DNA of 64,000 nucleotides, taken from Octopus sinensis. Taxonomy: Eukaryota. A program made the position numbers and the translations under genes. Each line of letters starts with the position of its first letter. The stretch's first letter is position 1. The stretch is from assembly GCF_006345805.1 (NCBI RefSeq), contig NC_043000.1, positions 24,924,001 to 24,988,000 on the forward strand, read 5' to 3'. Shown here piece by piece: positions 62,271 through 64,000 of this stretch. Below the pieces are notes generated by a model, which was not told the DNA's origin, did no database searches, and saw only the letters and a program-made list of their open reading frames with translations.

Positions 62271-62723
62271 AACATATACAACGTATGTGTGCGTAAAGAG
62301 CATCAACAGGCAAACAGACATTTCTTAGATTTGATTTATAGCATCAAGAGCATGCGAAGATATATTTTCTTGGAGTGGGGAGAGTTAGGGATGCAAGAGT
62401 AATAGACACTTTCTCTCCATATTAGATTAAATTATTTTAAAATGATGTCAGTCTATCAGTAACATTCCCAGAAGACTTGAAACATGTTCCAGGAATCTAA
62501 ATGAAGTGAGTTATGTAGAATTTTCACCAAAACATATTAAAACTGTTTGAACCCTAATATATTGAACGAGCACAGACTCCTTTCTTCTCTACAGCAAGAC
62601 ATCTTTATCTGTCCCCTCTATACCCTAAATCTCTCAACTGGCACAAAGCCACACCCTCTCAATATGACTTCTCACCCCTCCCAGTCGAGGGGTTTTTGTC
62701 TTGCAAGGAACACTTGGTGACTA

Positions 62724-62937
62724 AATCCTTGTGAGTAGATTTGGTAGATAGAAACTGAAAGAAGCCCATCATACATATATTATATGTGTGTGCGTGTTTG
62801 TGTGTCTGTGTTTATCCCCAACATCGCTTGACAATTGATGCTGGTGTTTACATACCCGTAACTTAGCAGTTCGGCAGAAGAGACTGATAGAATAAGTACT
62901 AGGCTTACAAAGAATAAGTCCTGGGGTCGATTTGCTC
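62724..62937 (+). mobile_element. SINE family A, internal part fused to family C
   Basis: Family A homology stops at TTTGCTC. Confidence 0.85.
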
Positions 62938-63480
62938 CATGCTGGCATGGGTTGGACGGTTTAACTGAGGACTGGTGAGCCAGAGGCTGCACCAGGCTTA
63001 AACAGATCTGGCAAAGTTTCTACAGCTGTATACCTTTCCTAACACCAACCACTCTGAGAGTGTAGTGGGTGCTTTCACATGCCACTGGCAAGAGGGCCAG
63101 TCAGGCAGTACTGGCAACAACCATACTGAAAAGGTGTTTTTATGTGCTACCTGCATGGGAGCCAGTCTGGCAGCACTGGCAATGACCATACTCGAATGTT
63201 GTTTTTCACATGCCACCGGATCATGTGCCGGTAAGGCGATGCTGGTAACAACCATGCTCAAATGGTGCTTTTCACGTGTCACTGGCACAGGAGCCAGTTC
63301 GTGGCCCTAGCAACAATCACGCTTGGATGCACTTTTAACGTTCCACTGGCACAAGTGCCAATCAGACGGTACTGTCATTGGCCACATCAGTAATTTTAAT
63401 TTGTTTACACTTGCCTCACTAGGTCTTCACAAGCAAAGTTCATTGTCCAATGAATGAGGGGTGCTCATAAGTGAGAAACT
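62938..63480 (-). mobile_element. Family C, long copy
   Basis: About five array units; abuts a family A head (63481-63537, minus). Confidence 0.85.
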
Positions 63481-64000
63481 GGAATCATGTGGTTCCTAGG
63501 TAAGCTACTTACCATACAGCCACTCCTGCGCCTATATGAACATTCTTTGTATTACATGTATTTAACATTTTTTATATATCAATTTGACTGACTTACTTGT
63601 CCTTACATTTACTCTTATATACATTATATATATATCTTTAGATATGTGGGACAGAGTGGTTGTTTTCATAAGGCTACATCTTACGACATGCAGAGAATAT
63701 GAATTGGTGGAAAATAGCAATTTTAAATTAAGATAGATGTTTTCCTATCTCATTTAACGTCAAATTTTAAAATATTAATATTCATGATAAAGGACAAAAT
63801 ATTAAAAAACAAACAAACAAACACATAAAAAACTTAATATCTTCCAAGTTTAACTGTATCGAGTAGCCCCGCCGAATTTTCGGTAATATTGTTTTCACAA
63901 CTAATTAAATAATGTATTGGATCTGAAGATGTGCAACTAATATTATACTGATATCATATAAGCAACAAAACAAAATATGATGTAACAGTCCACCACATCA

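Overview
AT-rich eukaryotic non-coding DNA, most likely an octopus (coleoid cephalopod) intron or intergenic region. The species call rests on my recollection of octopus SINE families and was not checked by search. No protein-coding host gene can be supported, and nearly all ORFs in the track are microsatellite or repeat artefacts. The window is a dense mosaic of four or more tRNA-derived SINE families (CORE-like, Deu/Nin-like, V-like, and a modular family), GAT-tailed retroelement 3' ends carrying hairpin tandem arrays, dead LINE fragments (CR1, L1/Tx1, RTE, R4/Dong), Tc1/mariner relics, MITEs and very long compound microsatellites. The most notable signal is a set of six minimal type I hammerhead-ribozyme motifs in four unrelated sequence contexts (11.8, 12.3, 29.6 and 40.4/48.2/61.5 kb). 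One family joins a tRNA-like Pol III head to a Penelope-type (dimer-dependent) hammerhead and a 3' hairpin, and one copy shows a 5' inverted segment plus an 8-bp target-site duplication. This suggests a ribozyme-bearing SINE mobilised by Penelope-like elements. Repeat boundaries are approximate, to within about 10-20 bp unless stated.
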